Shown here: positions 12,170 to 26,319 of the stretch, one piece after another | How positions within the stretch are numbered: the first letter of the stretch is position 1 | Layout: every line of letters starts with the position of its first letter | DNA from: Octopus sinensis | Lineage: Eukaryota | Assembly: GCF_006345805.1 (NCBI RefSeq) | Contig: NC_043003.1 | Location: forward strand, 9,052,001 to 9,116,000 | Reading direction: 5' to 3' | Length of the DNA stretch: 64,000 nucleotides | Notes under the pieces: model-generated | Database searches by the model: none | What the model saw: only the letters and a program-made list of their open reading frames with translations | What the model was told of the DNA's origin: nothing | Program-made: the position numbers and the translations under genes

Positions 12170-13619
12170 TAACAACAACAATATAATAATAATGATAATA
12201 ACAACAACAACAACAATAACAATTATGATAATAATAATAACAACAACAATATAATAATAACAACGACAACAATAATAATAATGATAATAATAATAATAAT
12301 AATATAATAATAATAATAATAAAAGTAATAACGATGTATTTTATTATCATTATTATACCGTTCTTACTATTTTGACATTGCAATTCTGAAGCCTTTGTTT
12401 TCATTGTTGGAATGGTTTTGCCTATTCCAAACCATTTCTGGTTTGGAAGCTAAAACTTGTCACCCAATATATTGCTTTTTAAGCTTTTTATACCCAACGA
12501 TGATAATATCATCTTCAGCATCATCATCTTCATTGCCATCATTATTATTATCAACATCATCATCAACATCATTGTCATCATTGTAATTATTATCAACAAT
12601 AACAGAGATGAGGCAGAAAAGACAAAGTGCCTGACTAAGATACCTTCTGGTATTTGGGTCCATCTCTTTATGATCTGAGTTCAAATTCTTCCTAGGTTCA
12701 CTTTACCATTCATTGCTAAACATTGATTTTTCAAAAGCTAAAATCAAATTCTCTTTTTCTGCATTCAGCCCAGAATTTTCAAGCCTTTTGACTATGGAGA
12801 GAGAGATTTCTCTTATTTTCTTTTCTTTTGTATCTTTTGGACTGTTTTTCGCTTAATCTTTTGTTTAATTTTTTTAATGTAAAATTTTCCTGAAATGTAA
12901 TTAACTTCTAGATTGTGTTTTATTGATTTTTTACACTTAGAGGAAAATTTTATTTCATTTTGTATGTCCCTATTTTCTATTTTCCCAGCATTTTTCTAGA
13001 CTACTTTTTGTTATTCTGTTCAGTTTTCAATATTAGGTTGACTCTAAGGCAGTGAGCTGGTAGAATCATAAGCAAACCTGGCAAAGTGTCTTATTGGCAT
13101 TTCTTCCATGTTTATGTTCTAAGGTTGACTTTGCCTTTCATCTTTTCAAAGTTGATAAAATAAGTACCAGTTGAGCACTGGGGTCAAAGTAATTGACTTA
13201 CCAACTCCTTTGAAATTGCTGGCCTTGTGCCAAAATTTGAAACCATGATTCTTCTCTAGTCATCTTTTCTAATTTCCATTTTCATTTCTACATTTTGTAT
13301 CTTATGAGTTCCATGTACTCCTTGTATAGGAAGTTCTGGTTACTTCTTTAATTTCAGTATCTAAATCTAAATTATTATTGTAATTTTTAATTAATCTCTT
13401 CTTAGAAAAGCTTTAGACTTTTTGTCTAATCCCATTTTGATATCACTACTAAATCAATATTTAGTTTTTAGTAAAGGTGTGTGGCCTCTTGCATTGAGTT
13501 TTAAATTACCATTAAAGAAGAGATTGATTATTGATTTTTCATAGCATTTATGGCTGTTAGTTTTTGATTCAACCTCATGTTTTTAGTATTAGTATCATTA
13601 TCCACCCGTTCTTCCATCT

Positions 13620-14228
13620 TTTCTGCCCACTATTCCTGGGTGGGTCATTAGGGTACAGTGCACAGTTATAAGGTCCTGTCAGCAGCAACTGTCGTCATAC
13701 TTTTTGGCTGGATCACCAAGTGTAACCTACTGACACTGTGGGTTTAATTACTTGAGCAAGTGGCATCACAGTTGATGGGTGTAGGATTGATTGGCTGATA
13801 TTTGCAGATGAAATGTTGCTACTTGCCTCATCAGAAGGTAATCCCCAGCATGCACTGAATGGGTTCTCTGCAGAGTGCTGCAAGACAGGAATGAGTATTA
13901 GTGTTGCAAAGACCAAGACATTAATCCTCTCAAGAAAGTCTTCCCTGTGCAGTCTACATGTTAGTGGAACATCACAGAGACAAGTGGAGAAGTTTAAGTA
14001 TCTTAGGGATATATTCACAAGGGATGGAATACGGGGGTCTGAATTGGATGCTAGAATTGTAGGTGATGGCACAGCAGTGGGCCAGCTCCAGCATTCAATC
14101 CTTAGAAGAGGAGAATTTGGAAAAAAAACCCCACCAAAACCCACAGTCTTTGGTCTGGTTACTCTGCTTCTCCACACGTATTGACATGGATGTTGGGTAA
14201 TGACAGAGAGAGTACAACAAATACAAGT
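13620..14228 (+). mobile_element. RTE-clade (Rex3/Expander-like) LINE reverse-transcriptase fragment, decayed
   Basis: FADEMLLLASSEGNPQHALNGFSAECCKTGMSISVAKTK...VEKFKYL...ELDARI... from 13801; truncated by the SINE at 14230. Confidence 0.8.
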
Positions 14229-14229
14229 A

Positions 14230-14460
14230 GGGCGGTGAGCTGGCAGAAACGTTAGCACACCGGGCGAAATGCTTAGTGGGATTTCGTCTGTCACTATGTT
14301 CTGAGTTCAAATCCCGCCGAGGTTGACTTTGCCTTTCATCCTTTTGGGGTCGATAAATTAAGTACCAGTTACGCACTGGGGTCGATGTAATCGACTTAAT
14401 CCGTTTGTCTGTCCTTGTTTGTTCCCTTGATGTTTAGCCCCTTGTGGGCAATAGAGAAAT
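14230..14460 (+). mobile_element. SINE family A (ggcggcgagctggcagaaacgttagc...), full length
   Basis: Near-identical to copies at 20521, 30954, 55292, 58095 and 62770; internal gttcaaat B-box-like motif and gactttgcctttcatcctttcggggtcgataaattaagtacc core. Confidence 0.9.
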
Positions 14461-15464
14461 ATGAAATAAGAAACAGCAAATACAAGTGGCCAAAATGGGG
14501 TTCCTCTGAAGGATCTCTGGAGTATTGTTACTCAACAGGGTGCATAAATGGTGATCAAGGAGTCTCTCCAGGTCAAGTCACTACTTCTCCACATTGTGAG
14601 CATAAATATCCTCATTATTATTCATGATATTGATTTTTAACTATGACAAAAATCCCTGAGACAAAAACCCCTAAAATTGTTAGAACGTGAGTATAGACAA
14701 TTTAATTGACTGCAGTACATTACAATATTTTCTTAAGCAAAAAAAGAACGAAAGGTTATGAGAAGGATTGCTACCCAGAATATAAATAGACAGAGCTAAA
14801 TAGAACAAACTCTTTAGCCGGCCTCCTGAACATATCTGCTATACTCCTGTTTTTAAAACAAATATCTGAAATATTAATAACTAATAGTATTATCATTATT
14901 ATAAAGATGGAGAGCCGGTAGAATCAGGCTGGACAACATGCATAGCAGTATTTTCCCCAGCTTTACATTCTGAGTTCAAATTCCGCTGATGTCACCTTTG
15001 CTTTTCATCCTTTCAGGGCCAATAAAAATAATTACCAGCTGAGCACTGGAGTCAATTTAATCAACTATCCCACTTCTCACACAAAAAGAAAAAAAAATCC
15101 CCAAAAACAACAACAAAAAAAACAATAAAAATTCCAAAATACCAAAAAAAAAACCAACCTCCCACCAAACCCCAGACCTTATGCCTATAGTAGAAAGAAT
15201 TATCGTTATTACAAACGCAGCAAGCAAGCTGGCAGACTCATTAGCACGGTGGACAAAATGCCTGGTGGTATTTCTTCCAACTTTGCATTCTGAGGTCAAC
15301 TTTTTCTTTTATTCTTCCGAGGTCGATAAAATAAGTACCAGTTGAGTACTTGGGTCAATGTAATCGACTAGCCCCCACCCTCAAAATTTCAAGCTTTGTG
15401 CCTAGAGTAAAAAGAGTAATCATTATTATAAGCAAAGCCCTTATTATTATTTAAAAAAAAAAAC

Positions 15465-15510
<46 letters not shown>

Positions 15511-16262
15511 ATTATTATTATTATTACTATTATCGTTATCGTCATCATCATTTGGTTGATGGAATTGGTATGACAGAAAAGTGCTGGATTAGATGCTTTA
15601 TAAAAAGATATGGTATTTCTTACCGAAGTGTTTGAATCCTAGGCCGAGTCAATCTTTCCGTTGATTTATCAGAATGTTTATGAGAGACTACCAATAAGAT
15701 AAAGAGTTTGAGTAAACTGACAATTAAAAAATTATCTTCCATTTCCTACCCTTTCAAACAATTGTCCTTCACCCTGGCGAAAATGAAATCATTATCATTA
15801 TAGATATTTATTATTACAACATCATTAACACATTAATCATTATCTATCATAATTGGTATTTTTAATTCACATTGATCACCATTTTATGATTTGCCTATAT
15901 AAATATTTACTATTATTATTCTTCTAATTATTATTATTATTATTATTGGTATTATTATGATTATGATTGTTGTTATTACTGCTACTAATTTTTTTTTATC
16001 AGACATAAAGGCCAAGTGTATAACACACAGTTATTTTTTTTTTGGGGGGGGGGTGATAGTTTTAAGTTTCTACCACCTGTGTAAGTATAACTTCAATTAT
16101 TTCGTTAAGAGGAAATAATGAAAGGTATTCCTTCCTGCCTACTCAAGAAACCATCATCACACAGTTACTTTCATCATTATTTTATTATCATTTGTGTTAC
16201 ACATTTAGTTCTTTCTTATACTATATATATTTATATACATACATACATACATATATACATAC

Positions 16263-16358
<96 letters not shown>

Positions 16359-17911
16359 ATGCAAATGTATACATATATGCATGTGTATATATATATATAT
16401 GTGTGTGTATATTTATATATATATTTTTGGATAGAGGCACATTATACATAAAAGAATAAACTTTCTTTATTGTTAGCTGTTCTAACCAATTCAACCACCA
16501 TCACTCCCATATAAATATATGGATTTAAAATCAATGCATATTAGCAGACAGTTAGCATAGGAATACCTCATTCAAAGTTACAAATGGATTTAGGTATGTA
16601 AAACACATAATACATACATATAAATGTACATATATACACACACGCACACATATTATATATATGATGAAATCTTGTACAGTTAAAATAAATTTTTCTTGTG
16701 TTTTTCTTAGAAGTTTCAGGACCTGATTAGAATGAGAAGCTTGACGATGCTAAGGCAAACATTTTATTATAATTTTTTTTTTCTGGTTAAATTCAGTTAA
16801 TCTAATGGTTGGTTGTTTACATCCTGGTTCGCTACATGTGTAAACACATCCTCACACTCTCAACAACAGCTTTTGCCTATACTTGTGTTAATTCATCTGT
16901 TTACAGAGAGAAGTCTGTGCGTTCTAAATTTATATAAACGTTCAATATTTATTGTCAGGTGAAGAAAGAAAATAAAACAAAGCTTAAACATTGCAATAAT
17001 CTCATGCAGCAGCTAAATCAGTGGTCTTCAACTGAGATCCATGTGACCCTTGAGGGGCCACATAAGGCTAAGTTGTTAAAAATTATGAGCAATAAATCCT
17101 TTATGCTTCCACAATGCACAAGATGTTTTAACAATTTTTATATATAGTTCCTAGTAATATTTAATTATCAAAATGTCATGGGAGTTTTTAAAGCTTCAAA
17201 TGGCTTAGGGTATCCAGTAGAGTAAAATAGGACCCTGAAACTGCTGGCCTTGTGCCAAAGTTAGAAAGGATTATTAAAACTTACAATACTTCTGGTAGAA
17301 AAAAAATAATGAAACACATTAACTCTCTCTCTTTTTTTTGTTTGTTTCTTAAGTGATGTCAAACATTGCAGTCTCTTAATCTGGTAATAGGTGGCAGACC
17401 TGGAAAATTGCTTAGCAGCCTTTTGTCCATCTCTGTGTTCTGAGTTCAAATTCTGCCAGTTGACTGGGGTCCATATAATCAATTTACCTCCTTCCCTGAA
17501 CTTTCGTACTGGTCTTGTGCCAAAATTTTAAACCAATATTTAAGACATTTAATCTCTTTCATATGGACACTTTTCAGGGTTGAAGTATATATTAAAACAA
17601 TTAGAGCTGTCTCATTAAGGCTTTTAATAACTGACCACATAGGCAAGATAGCTGCATCATCATCATCATCATCATCACCACCATTGTCACCATCATTATC
17701 TTATTCATAATTATCCTGACCCGCAAGACTATCTATAACCCTGATACCACTACCACTGTCTTCATCATATCATGTTGGCTAATGTTTCTTTGATGTATTG
17801 GTATGGTGACCAATGGTTAAAGGCTATTAGCCTATATTTGACAATCAGCAGAGAAGATATGTTAATGTAAGTATGTGAGCGTGTGCATATATAAATATGC
17901 TAGGCATGTGT

Positions 17912-17952
<41 letters not shown>

Positions 17953-17974
17953 TGTATATATATATATGCATATA

Positions 17975-18029
<55 letters not shown>

Positions 18030-18411
18030 ATATATATGTAAGTATACATATATATATATAATATATAATATATAATATATATATATATATATATGAAAGA
18101 AAGGGTGGGAGAATATGTGATGTATATATGTGTATATACATATAAATATTTTAATCTGTACTCAGCGTGAACAATGGATATGCTAAAAGTGAAGTGAAAC
18201 CTGTGGCAGACTGTCTGAGAACCACAGATCTGTTCAATTTACTGAACACCCATTCATAAAAGTCAATCAAGTGTTCAAATGATCAGCTAAAAGTCAATAG
18301 CTTTTTTTTATTAACTAATTAATACCTGTAATTATTTTATTTAAAGTACAGTTGTTAGTATAAAAGAAAGAGACTAACATTCATCTTATCACATTCTCAC
18401 ATTCATCTAAA

Positions 18412-18672
18412 TCAGAGGTCCTTGAGGTGAGTCCATGTCACCCTTAAAGGGCTGCGTAAGATTTTGTTGCTAAAATTTATGACCAAATAATTCGGTTATA
18501 CTTCTCTATAATGCACAAAATATTTTAACAATTTTTATCATATACTTCCTAATAATAATTAATTCTAAAAATAGGAATTTTTTAAACATCGAATAGCTAT
18601 GGGTATCCAGTAGAATAAAATAGAAGTCTAAGAGGTCCATAGGTAAAAAAAAAATTGTTGAGAACTTTTGAT
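18412..18672 (+). mobile_element. hAT-like MITE (related fragments at ~17018-17240 and ~24615-24710)
   Basis: cag(t/a)ggt..tcaac/gagg..gtccat termini; cccagttgagaaccactg at 24693-24710. Confidence 0.5.
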
Positions 18673-18902
18673 GTAAACCCACCTTATACAGTTGCCATTT
18701 TCTCTCTTAGACAAGAAACTGTCTAACCCATGTCAGCAAGGAAAAATGGATGTTAATATAATGATGATGATGATGATGTTGTGTATGTGTGTATATATAT
18801 GTACATTTATATGTATATATTTATATATGTATTTATATAAAGATTTATACATACTTTTATATATTTATTATATAAGCTGTTGTATTGTTACAAAAGTTCA
18901 CT

Positions 18903-18940
18903 TCTGTCTGATGATCAGTTACAGGAAACTTGTTACATGA
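18903..18940 (+). ncRNA. Possible degenerate minimal hammerhead motif
   Basis: UCUGU-CUGAUGA-UCAGUUACAG-GAAA-CUUG-UU|ACAUGA; core intact, stem II weak. Confidence 0.35.
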
Positions 18941-19446
18941 AACTCAGAGTTGTTGTTTGTGGAGTTTAGCAGCTTCAGTAAAACTATATTTGCATGTGTA
19001 TACATATCTCTTTATATTTGTATACATACATGTATGTGTGTGTATGTGTATACACATATATACACACACACACACAGACATACATATGTATATAGATGCT
19101 TATATACTTATACACATAAATATTTGCAAATAGTTTATATTTATATATATATATGTTTTTATTTATTTGTGTAAATATATATACATTTGCACTTTTATTT
19201 ATATGGTTTATATGTTTATATATGTATATAAATATATATATACATACACATATTTATATGTGTATGTGTGTGCATGTATATATATATCTATTTATACGTT
19301 TATATATGTATACAGTTTTGTATGATGATGGTGATATAAAGATATATATTTATACATACATTTATATCGAACATATATATATATATTTATATACACACAT
19401 ATATGTATTTATATTTTTATTTATAAACACATGTATGTATTTATAC

Positions 19447-19748
19447 GTGAAGGCTCATGGCTTACTGGTTAGAGTGTTGCACTCATGACTGTGAGATCAT
19501 GGGTTCGATTCCCAGGTCAGGCATTACATTGTGTTCTTGAGCAAAGCACTTCATTTCATGTTACTCTGCGATCACTTCGACATCTGTTATGTGGCACCCA
19601 GTTGCACCTGTACAGGTAATGTGGATTTGATGGAGTGAGTGAGCTTATGTTTATACAAACATTTGATCACTATAAACAAATCATCTGTGTGGTTGTTTGG
19701 TAATAAATTGTCAAACCCTCATATGTCATCTAACGACGGGAGAGTCCG

Positions 19749-19752
<4 letters not shown>
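19447..19752 (+). mobile_element. SINE family D (gtgaaggc.catggctta.tggttagagtgtt head)
   Basis: tRNA-like A and B boxes; related copies at 21528-21870(-), ~4870-5075(-), ~23320-23570(-), ~32450-32661(-), ~30268-30330. Confidence 0.75.
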
Positions 19753-19804
<52 letters not shown>

Positions 19805-19838
19805 GCATATATCTATATATTTTGTGTGTGTGTGTATG

Positions 19839-19884
<46 letters not shown>

Positions 19885-20520
19885 CAAACACACATACATA
19901 TGTATTGTGTGCGTTTTAAGCAGAGAATTGTCAAAATCCAATGAACTTGACAAAAAACTGTTCTATGTCAAGAGAGTGAGGTGCTTTGGTCGTTTTGAAG
20001 CTGGGAATCAAGAGAGAGATTTAGTTTGTTACTCGGCTGCCTGTTTTTACACTTCATTCATATTATCATTATTATTATTATTATTATTATTTTTATTTTT
20101 ATTATTACTATTATTATTATTATGTAATGATGATGATGGTGATGATGCTATTGAATTTAATATTTCAATGTCATTTTAAAATTTTGTTTTGTCTCTTTGC
20201 TGACAATGCTTTTTGTGGGTGGAGAAAAATTTTGTTTAATGTGGAAAGTAAAAAATTGTATTTAAAGAATGTTTGTCTGCAAACGGCATCCTTGTCTTAG
20301 CATTCTAATGACGGTCTTGGCAATGGCATCTCCTTACTGAACCTCTTAATTTACATTCATATAAATTCTCACCTTTTTGTACAGACTTAATTTTCATTCA
20401 AACCTTTGTAATAATTCTTATGTCTTCTTCTACTTTCTCTTCTTTGTTCTTTTCTTTTCCTCTCTCTTTTTTCTATTTCTCTCTTATTTCTCCTTCATGT
20501 TCCCTTCTTCTTCCTGTAAG

Positions 20521-20757
20521 GGCGGTGAGCTGGCAGAAACGTTAGCACGCCGGGCGAAATGCTCAGTGGTATTTCGTCTGCCGTTACGTTCTGAGTTCAA
20601 ATTCCGCCGAGGTCAACTTTGCCTTTCATCCGTTCGGGATCGATAAATAAAGTACCAGTTTCGCACTGGGGGTCGATGTAATCGACTTAATCCTTTTGTC
20701 TGCTCTTGTTTGTCCCCTCTGTGTTTAGCCCCTTGTGGGTAGTAAAGAAATAGGTAT
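20521..20757 (+). mobile_element. SINE family A, full length
   Basis: Same consensus as 14230. Confidence 0.9.
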
Positions 20758-21527
20758 CTCTCTTCTCCTTCCTCAACTTCCTCTTCTCTCTCCTCCTCCT
20801 CCTTGTTCTCTTCATCTGTTACTGTTACTTCCTGTAACTTGTATCCCTTTACTGCTTCCCTGTTTTTTATTTTTTTTTTTAATCTTTTGTTTTTATATAC
20901 TACATTGCCAAACTACTTGGGTTTAGCAAACCAGCCGAGTTCACTCCTCATGTTCTGTTACCGTAAAATAATTTAGAAACAGTGAAAAAAAAATGAATTA
21001 ATAATTTAGATATGGTGAAGTCGCAGCATGTGCATAAGTGTGTGCACGCGTACAAACGCATGTATGAATATGTTGTTTTTATTGCATGTGTGCGTGAGTG
21101 AGTGTGTGTGTGTATGTGTGTAATGAAGGACAACTGAACCAAACTAATTAATAATGTTTAATTGGGTATATATATAAAAAAACACAGCTGTTGCAACAGT
21201 CAAATTTTTACACCATCAGTTGTCACTTCATATCTCGTCGCTTGTGTTCGAATTATTGAATAAAATATTGAATAAAAATGAAAGAAAAATATTCACAATA
21301 TCTATTTTTGAATGTTTTATTTTGTTTTTCGTTTTTTTTGTTTGGTTTTGTTTTGTTTTCTTTTTATTTATTTTTTCTGTTTTTTTTTCTTTTCTTTTGG
21401 CATTTTGTAGATTGAAGCAAACCGTATAATGTGTATCTACACTCAGATTTAAACAGAAACCATAAAATGTATTCATACATGCATGTACACATTTCCACAT
21501 CCACACACACACACATAAGCACACATA

Positions 21528-21870
21528 CAGCTGAGACCCCCTTTGGTCATGACAGACCATGGGATTGCACCTAGAAAGTTACCCTCCCAGGCACAAGTCC
21601 GGGCAAGGTTGTTTATGGAAGATCAGCAGACACCCATGCATACCGGCCTTCCCTCTCCACGCCACCGATGTTATCTAAGGGAAAGGCAAAGGGGCCAATA
21701 CAGTTTGGCACCTGTGTCGTCGCAACTCATTTCTACAGCTGAGTGAACTGGAGCAATGTGAAATAAAGTGTCTTGCTCAAGAACACAACACACAGCTCAG
21801 TCCAGGATTCGAACTCACAACCTCACGATCATAAACTTGACACTCTAACCACTGAGCCATGCGCCTTCAC
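21528..21870 (-). mobile_element. SINE with family D-type head
   Basis: Ends actgagccatgcgccttcac; contains ggattcgaactc (reverse B box). Confidence 0.8.
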
Positions 21871-22049
21871 ACATACATACATACATACACATACATTTAA
21901 ACATACGCAAATACATATACATACACATATACACATTCTCATGCACATATACACATGCACATACATACAAATACACACATATATGCAGTTACTCTACCTG
22001 ACATGACCCACAAAATTCAGTAGAGCTGGCTCTCAAATCTACATTTTGC

Positions 22050-22370
22050 TGCCTTAAACCTTTTATTACCATATTTCTGTTTCAAAACATTTGTTTTAAT
22101 TAATTTTGAAAATAATGAAGGATCTAGTAAAATAACATTGGTATTAATTAAGCTGGTGATTAAATCATAAGTTTACATCTTCTTGATGGAAGATTTTAAT
22201 TTAGAGCACTTTTACACTTTTGTTACCATATTTCTGTTTAAATTCACTGCCTTTTGTTTTCTTATATTTAATTTTGAATACATGAAGATTTTAGTACAAC
22301 TTTGTTATCATTAAGCTGATGTTTTGAACACACATTAACTTGAAATTGTTATAGGTGTTAATTTAGGTTA
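22050..22370. mobile_element. Old, decayed tandem pair of the same MITE family
   Basis: ttaccatatttctgtt...tagtaaaataac...attaagctggtg occurs twice. Confidence 0.55.
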
Positions 22371-22896
22371 CTTTAAAAACAGTAAATTTGTTTTAAAGAA
22401 TCAGTTGGTACCAAAAGAGTTAAACAGATACAAATCACTCCATTGCTGGGACATGTAACTTTCTTCAGAAATATAGAATTATTTTCCTTAAAAATCACAG
22501 CAAAAAATCTTCGGTAGGTTTGAACTAACAACATATATATACGATGGGCTTCTTTCAGTTTCCGTCTACCAAATCCACTCACAAGACTTTGGTTGGCTAG
22601 AGGCTATAGTAGAAGACATTTGCCTAAGGTACCACGCCATGAGACTGAACCTGGAACCATGTGGCTGGTAAGCAAGTCACTTACCACACACAAACACATA
22701 CACACACACATTAAATTTGAATTATAAGCAGCTCTAGAGATGTAAACATTATCAATGTCACATAGTTAGTACATACGCTTTGTTTATGAGCTCATTAGCT
22801 GTGGGATTGCATCAGGGGTAAAGTTCTTTTAAGACACCAAGTGTTAAAAAGCACTAAATACCCCAAATCAAGTGAGATCCTGAAGATGATTAAGAA

Positions 22897-22941
22897 CAAT
22901 AGATATCGGTATTTCACTGTTTTTGCAGCTCATCAGCATCA
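22897..22941 (-). ncRNA. Minimal hammerhead ribozyme motif inside a short foldback (22859-22988)
   Basis: Minus strand UGAUG-CUGAUGA-GCUG-CAAAAA-CAGU-GAAA-UACCGAUA-UC|UAUUG; 4-bp stem II, near-palindromic stem III, wobble-rich stem I. Confidence 0.55.
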
Positions 22942-23987
22942 TATAGTCTAGTCACCTTGAAATGAATTAGAATCTCAGGTTTGAGGTATATATGCAAATA
23001 GTGTAGAGTTTGTCTGCAGATGTGCAACTGTACCGTACAAGCAGGACTGCAAAGTGACTAAGAAGTTTGCTTTGCGACTATGAAATTCCAGGTTCAATCC
23101 CACTGCATGGCATTTGGGAGCTATTGTATTTTTCTGTACACTTGGCTCAATCCAACCCTTGTAAATGAAAGTGAGTTGAAAACTTTGTTGAAATCCGGAT
23201 GGACTCTCCCTGTAATTCAAGGGTCTAGTTTGTTAGACTCTGTCAGAGAGATTTTATTTGAGAATTACATCAAAATTAAACTTTTCTCTGGAATACTCAG
23301 CCATCTCACATGCTTATTCAATGAGGAGATCATTCAGTTGATTGCACTGCAGTACACACATCATAGACTTTCCTGTTGTAGCTGAGGGTTTGCAATGTTT
23401 GTTGAACAGCCTGCACAGATGATTTGTTTATAGTGATCCAATATTCATGCTGCACATTTACTCACTCCATCAAATCATCATTTCTTGTTCAAATGCACGA
23501 TGTGCCACATGTCAGATCAGATGTCAAAGTGTTTATGGAACTACATGGAATGACGTTTTGCTCCACAACACTACACACTGTCCAGTCTGGGAATTGATAC
23601 CAAGATTCTAGTTTCAAATTTTGGCACAAGACCAGCAATTTCAGAGGCGCAAATAATTCGATTACATCGACCCCAGTACACAACTGGTACTTATTTTATT
23701 GACCCTGAAAGGATAAAAGATAATGTCAGCCTTGGCAGAACTTGACCTCAGAATGCAAAGACATGAAATGCTGCTAAGGATTCTGCCAGCACACTGCTTT
23801 GAATTGAAACCAAAATATTGCTATCATGAGTGCAACACCCAAGCCACTAGGCCATACATCTTCATACATATATCTTCCTTGACAGAAAACGCCATCATAT
23901 ATACCAGGGATTCTCTACTATATTTTTTATCTAAGGACCCTTTTGATTATTACTTTATTTTGGTGGACCCCCCTAGCCATTCAATAT

Positions 23988-24469
23988 TTAACCCTTTCAT
24001 TGCTGTATTTCTCTTGATATGCCCTGTGTTTCTTTCAATGAATTTTAAATATTACAAAGAATTTAGTAAAATAACTTAGTTATCATTAAGCTAGTGTTAG
24101 GAACATAAATTATGACTAAAGTTTGGTGGAAGATTTTAATTCAGAACTTTTAAAAACAAGACATTTGTACTACAGAGCCAGAGCTGGTTTTAGCCTAGTT
24201 GGTATCGAAAGGGTTAAGAATTGTTTCTCTATTATATATTTTAGCCCTTTTGTTACCATATTTCTGTTGAGATGCCCTGTGTTTCTTTCAATTAATTTTA
24301 GATATAACCAAGAATTTAGTAAAATAACTTAGTTATCATTAAGCTAGTGTTAGGAACATAAATTGGGACTAAGGTTTTGTGGAAGATTTTAATTCAAAAC
24401 TTATGAAAACAAGACATTCCTACTCAGAGCCAGAAGCAGTTTCAGCTGGGTTGGTATCAGAAGGGTTAA
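23988..24469. mobile_element. Tandem pair of piggyBac-type MITEs (23988-24217, 24240-24469)
   Basis: Each ~230 bp, ttaacccttt... to ...ggtatc(g/a)(a/g)aagggttaa, with shared internal gaatttagtaaaataacttagttatcattaagctagtgttaggaacataaatt. Confidence 0.8.
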
Positions 24470-26319
24470 AAAGTAGTTTTATAGAAACTTCTTTCAAAAT
24501 TCCTATTTTGTATTTCTCACATTAACTTGTGTAGGTTGAATTATGTAAAATGTCAGACAGATACCCAGCTGTTTCTTGTGATACATACCAATACATAAAT
24601 CTAAAACAAAATTTTTTCAGGGACCCTTAAAATACTATTCTGGATCCCCAATTTACTATGTTGCTATGTGGACCCCCAGGGACCATATGGACCCCAGTTG
24701 AGAACCACTGGTATATGCCATAATTACATAACTTGTATATTATATATATATCATAAAGGCGGTGCTCCAGCATGGCCACAGTCAAATGACTGGAACAAGT
24801 AAAAGAGAGAGTATATACAAAGCTTGTATATTATATATACACAATTTAAGTTGTTTATTTCCCAGACTTGATTAATTTTGTTTCTACACTTTCATTATTG
24901 TTGCTGTCTGTTTTTATGGTGGACAGAATTATTACCTAAAAAGCAAAAATTTTAATCTGAAATTAGCGAAAATATTTAGAAAGTAATTGTGTTTTTTCTT
25001 CTGTTTCTTTTCTTTTCTTTTCTTTTCTTTTTCTTTTTTTTTGCTAGCTCAATATTGTGCAATCCTCATTTCTACTGTTTGTTATGTGTTGTATCTTTTG
25101 TGGTTGGCTGTTAATACGCATTGTATGTATGTATTGGTTTTTCACTAGTTAAGTCTATAAAATGTTATGTTAGTAGCATTTTCTGCAGACGTATGTTATA
25201 TCAGGAGAGTCATACATTATGTGTGTGTGTGTGTGTGTGTATTTATCTTTATCTTTTTATCCTTTACTTGTTTCAGTCATTGGATTGCGGCCAAGCTTGG
25301 GCACAAACTTAAAGAGTTTAATCGAATAAATCATCCCCAGAACTCATTTTTTGAGCTTGGTACATATTCTATCAGTCTCCTTTACCAAACTGCAAAGTTA
25401 TGGGAGACATAAACAAACCAACTCTAGTCGTCAAGTAGTGGTAAGGGACAAATATAACAGAAACACAAAAAAAACATGTACAGACATATTCATATATGTG
25501 GCAGGTTTCTTTTAGTTTTCATCTACCAAACCCACTCATAAAGATTTGGTTGGCCCAGGGCTGTAGCAGAAGTCGTTTGTCCAAGGTGCCTCTCAGTAGG
25601 ACTGAACCCCAAATCATATGGTTGGGGGGCACTTTTTTACTTGTTGATTCTGGAGGGCAGGGCAATGTTCTTGGTTTTCACAGACCCTCCTAGGCTGGTA
25701 TGAATGGTGCCAATTATGTCTTTCTTAAACTGTTGCAAGTAAATACTACAGGAAAGACATAAACAAGGGAGAAATTCTGGGAAAGAAGAAAAGGGATTAA
25801 TACAGGTTGGGAGGGATTACACACAACAAGGGTGATATTTGTGCTGCATACTACAAACAGTCACACACACATATATATGCACGCACACACACACATATAG
25901 TCGAAATTTATAGAAAACAAAAGATGAAGACAGGTGTATGAACCACAAGCAGGTGCATTAGTTTGATGGTCGGGAAAATGAGAAAGTCTTTTACATTTTG
26001 AGCCTATGCTCTTCAGCAGAAAGGAAAAAGAAAAAATAAACAGAGAAAAAAAATTGTGGATTTAGCGATCAGGCATGGCTAAATATATATATATATGTAT
26101 ATATATATAGTCATAAAATACTGTGTACATTTAAACACATGTTGAATCCACTCGTGGGATTCAACACGCTAGAAAGAACAGCTAGGTTCTATAACCACAA
26201 AATTAGGGATAAAATTTGACAGGAACCAAATGAAAAAAGATAAAAACATTTTACCATCTAGTTCCCTGGACCAATTGGTTTCTGGTTTTAGTTTAGCAAG
26301 TAAAATAACATATACGTTA

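Larger units (their letters stand above)
13046..15415 (+). mobile_element. Cluster of older, CpG-decayed SINE A copies (13046-13245, ~14905-15075, ~15220-15415); more near 17260-17530, 23590-23800(-), 28600-29200, 38700-38900, 49755-49880, 50490-50710, 54410-54604(-)
   Basis: Recurrent gactttgcctttcatc...gataaaataagtaccag.tgagcactggg motif with transition substitutions. Confidence 0.7.

Noticed and set aside
18166-18259. Possible + strand terminal exon [30 protein letters not shown] after a tactcag acceptor
   Set aside because: No recognisable homology, and no upstream exon with a canonical donor in matching phase.
25985-26025. Minus-strand CUGAAGA-GCAUAGGCUC-AAAAUGUA motif
   Set aside because: GAAA is lost and there is no adjacent stem I; it may be a decayed Penelope-type remnant but cannot be supported here.
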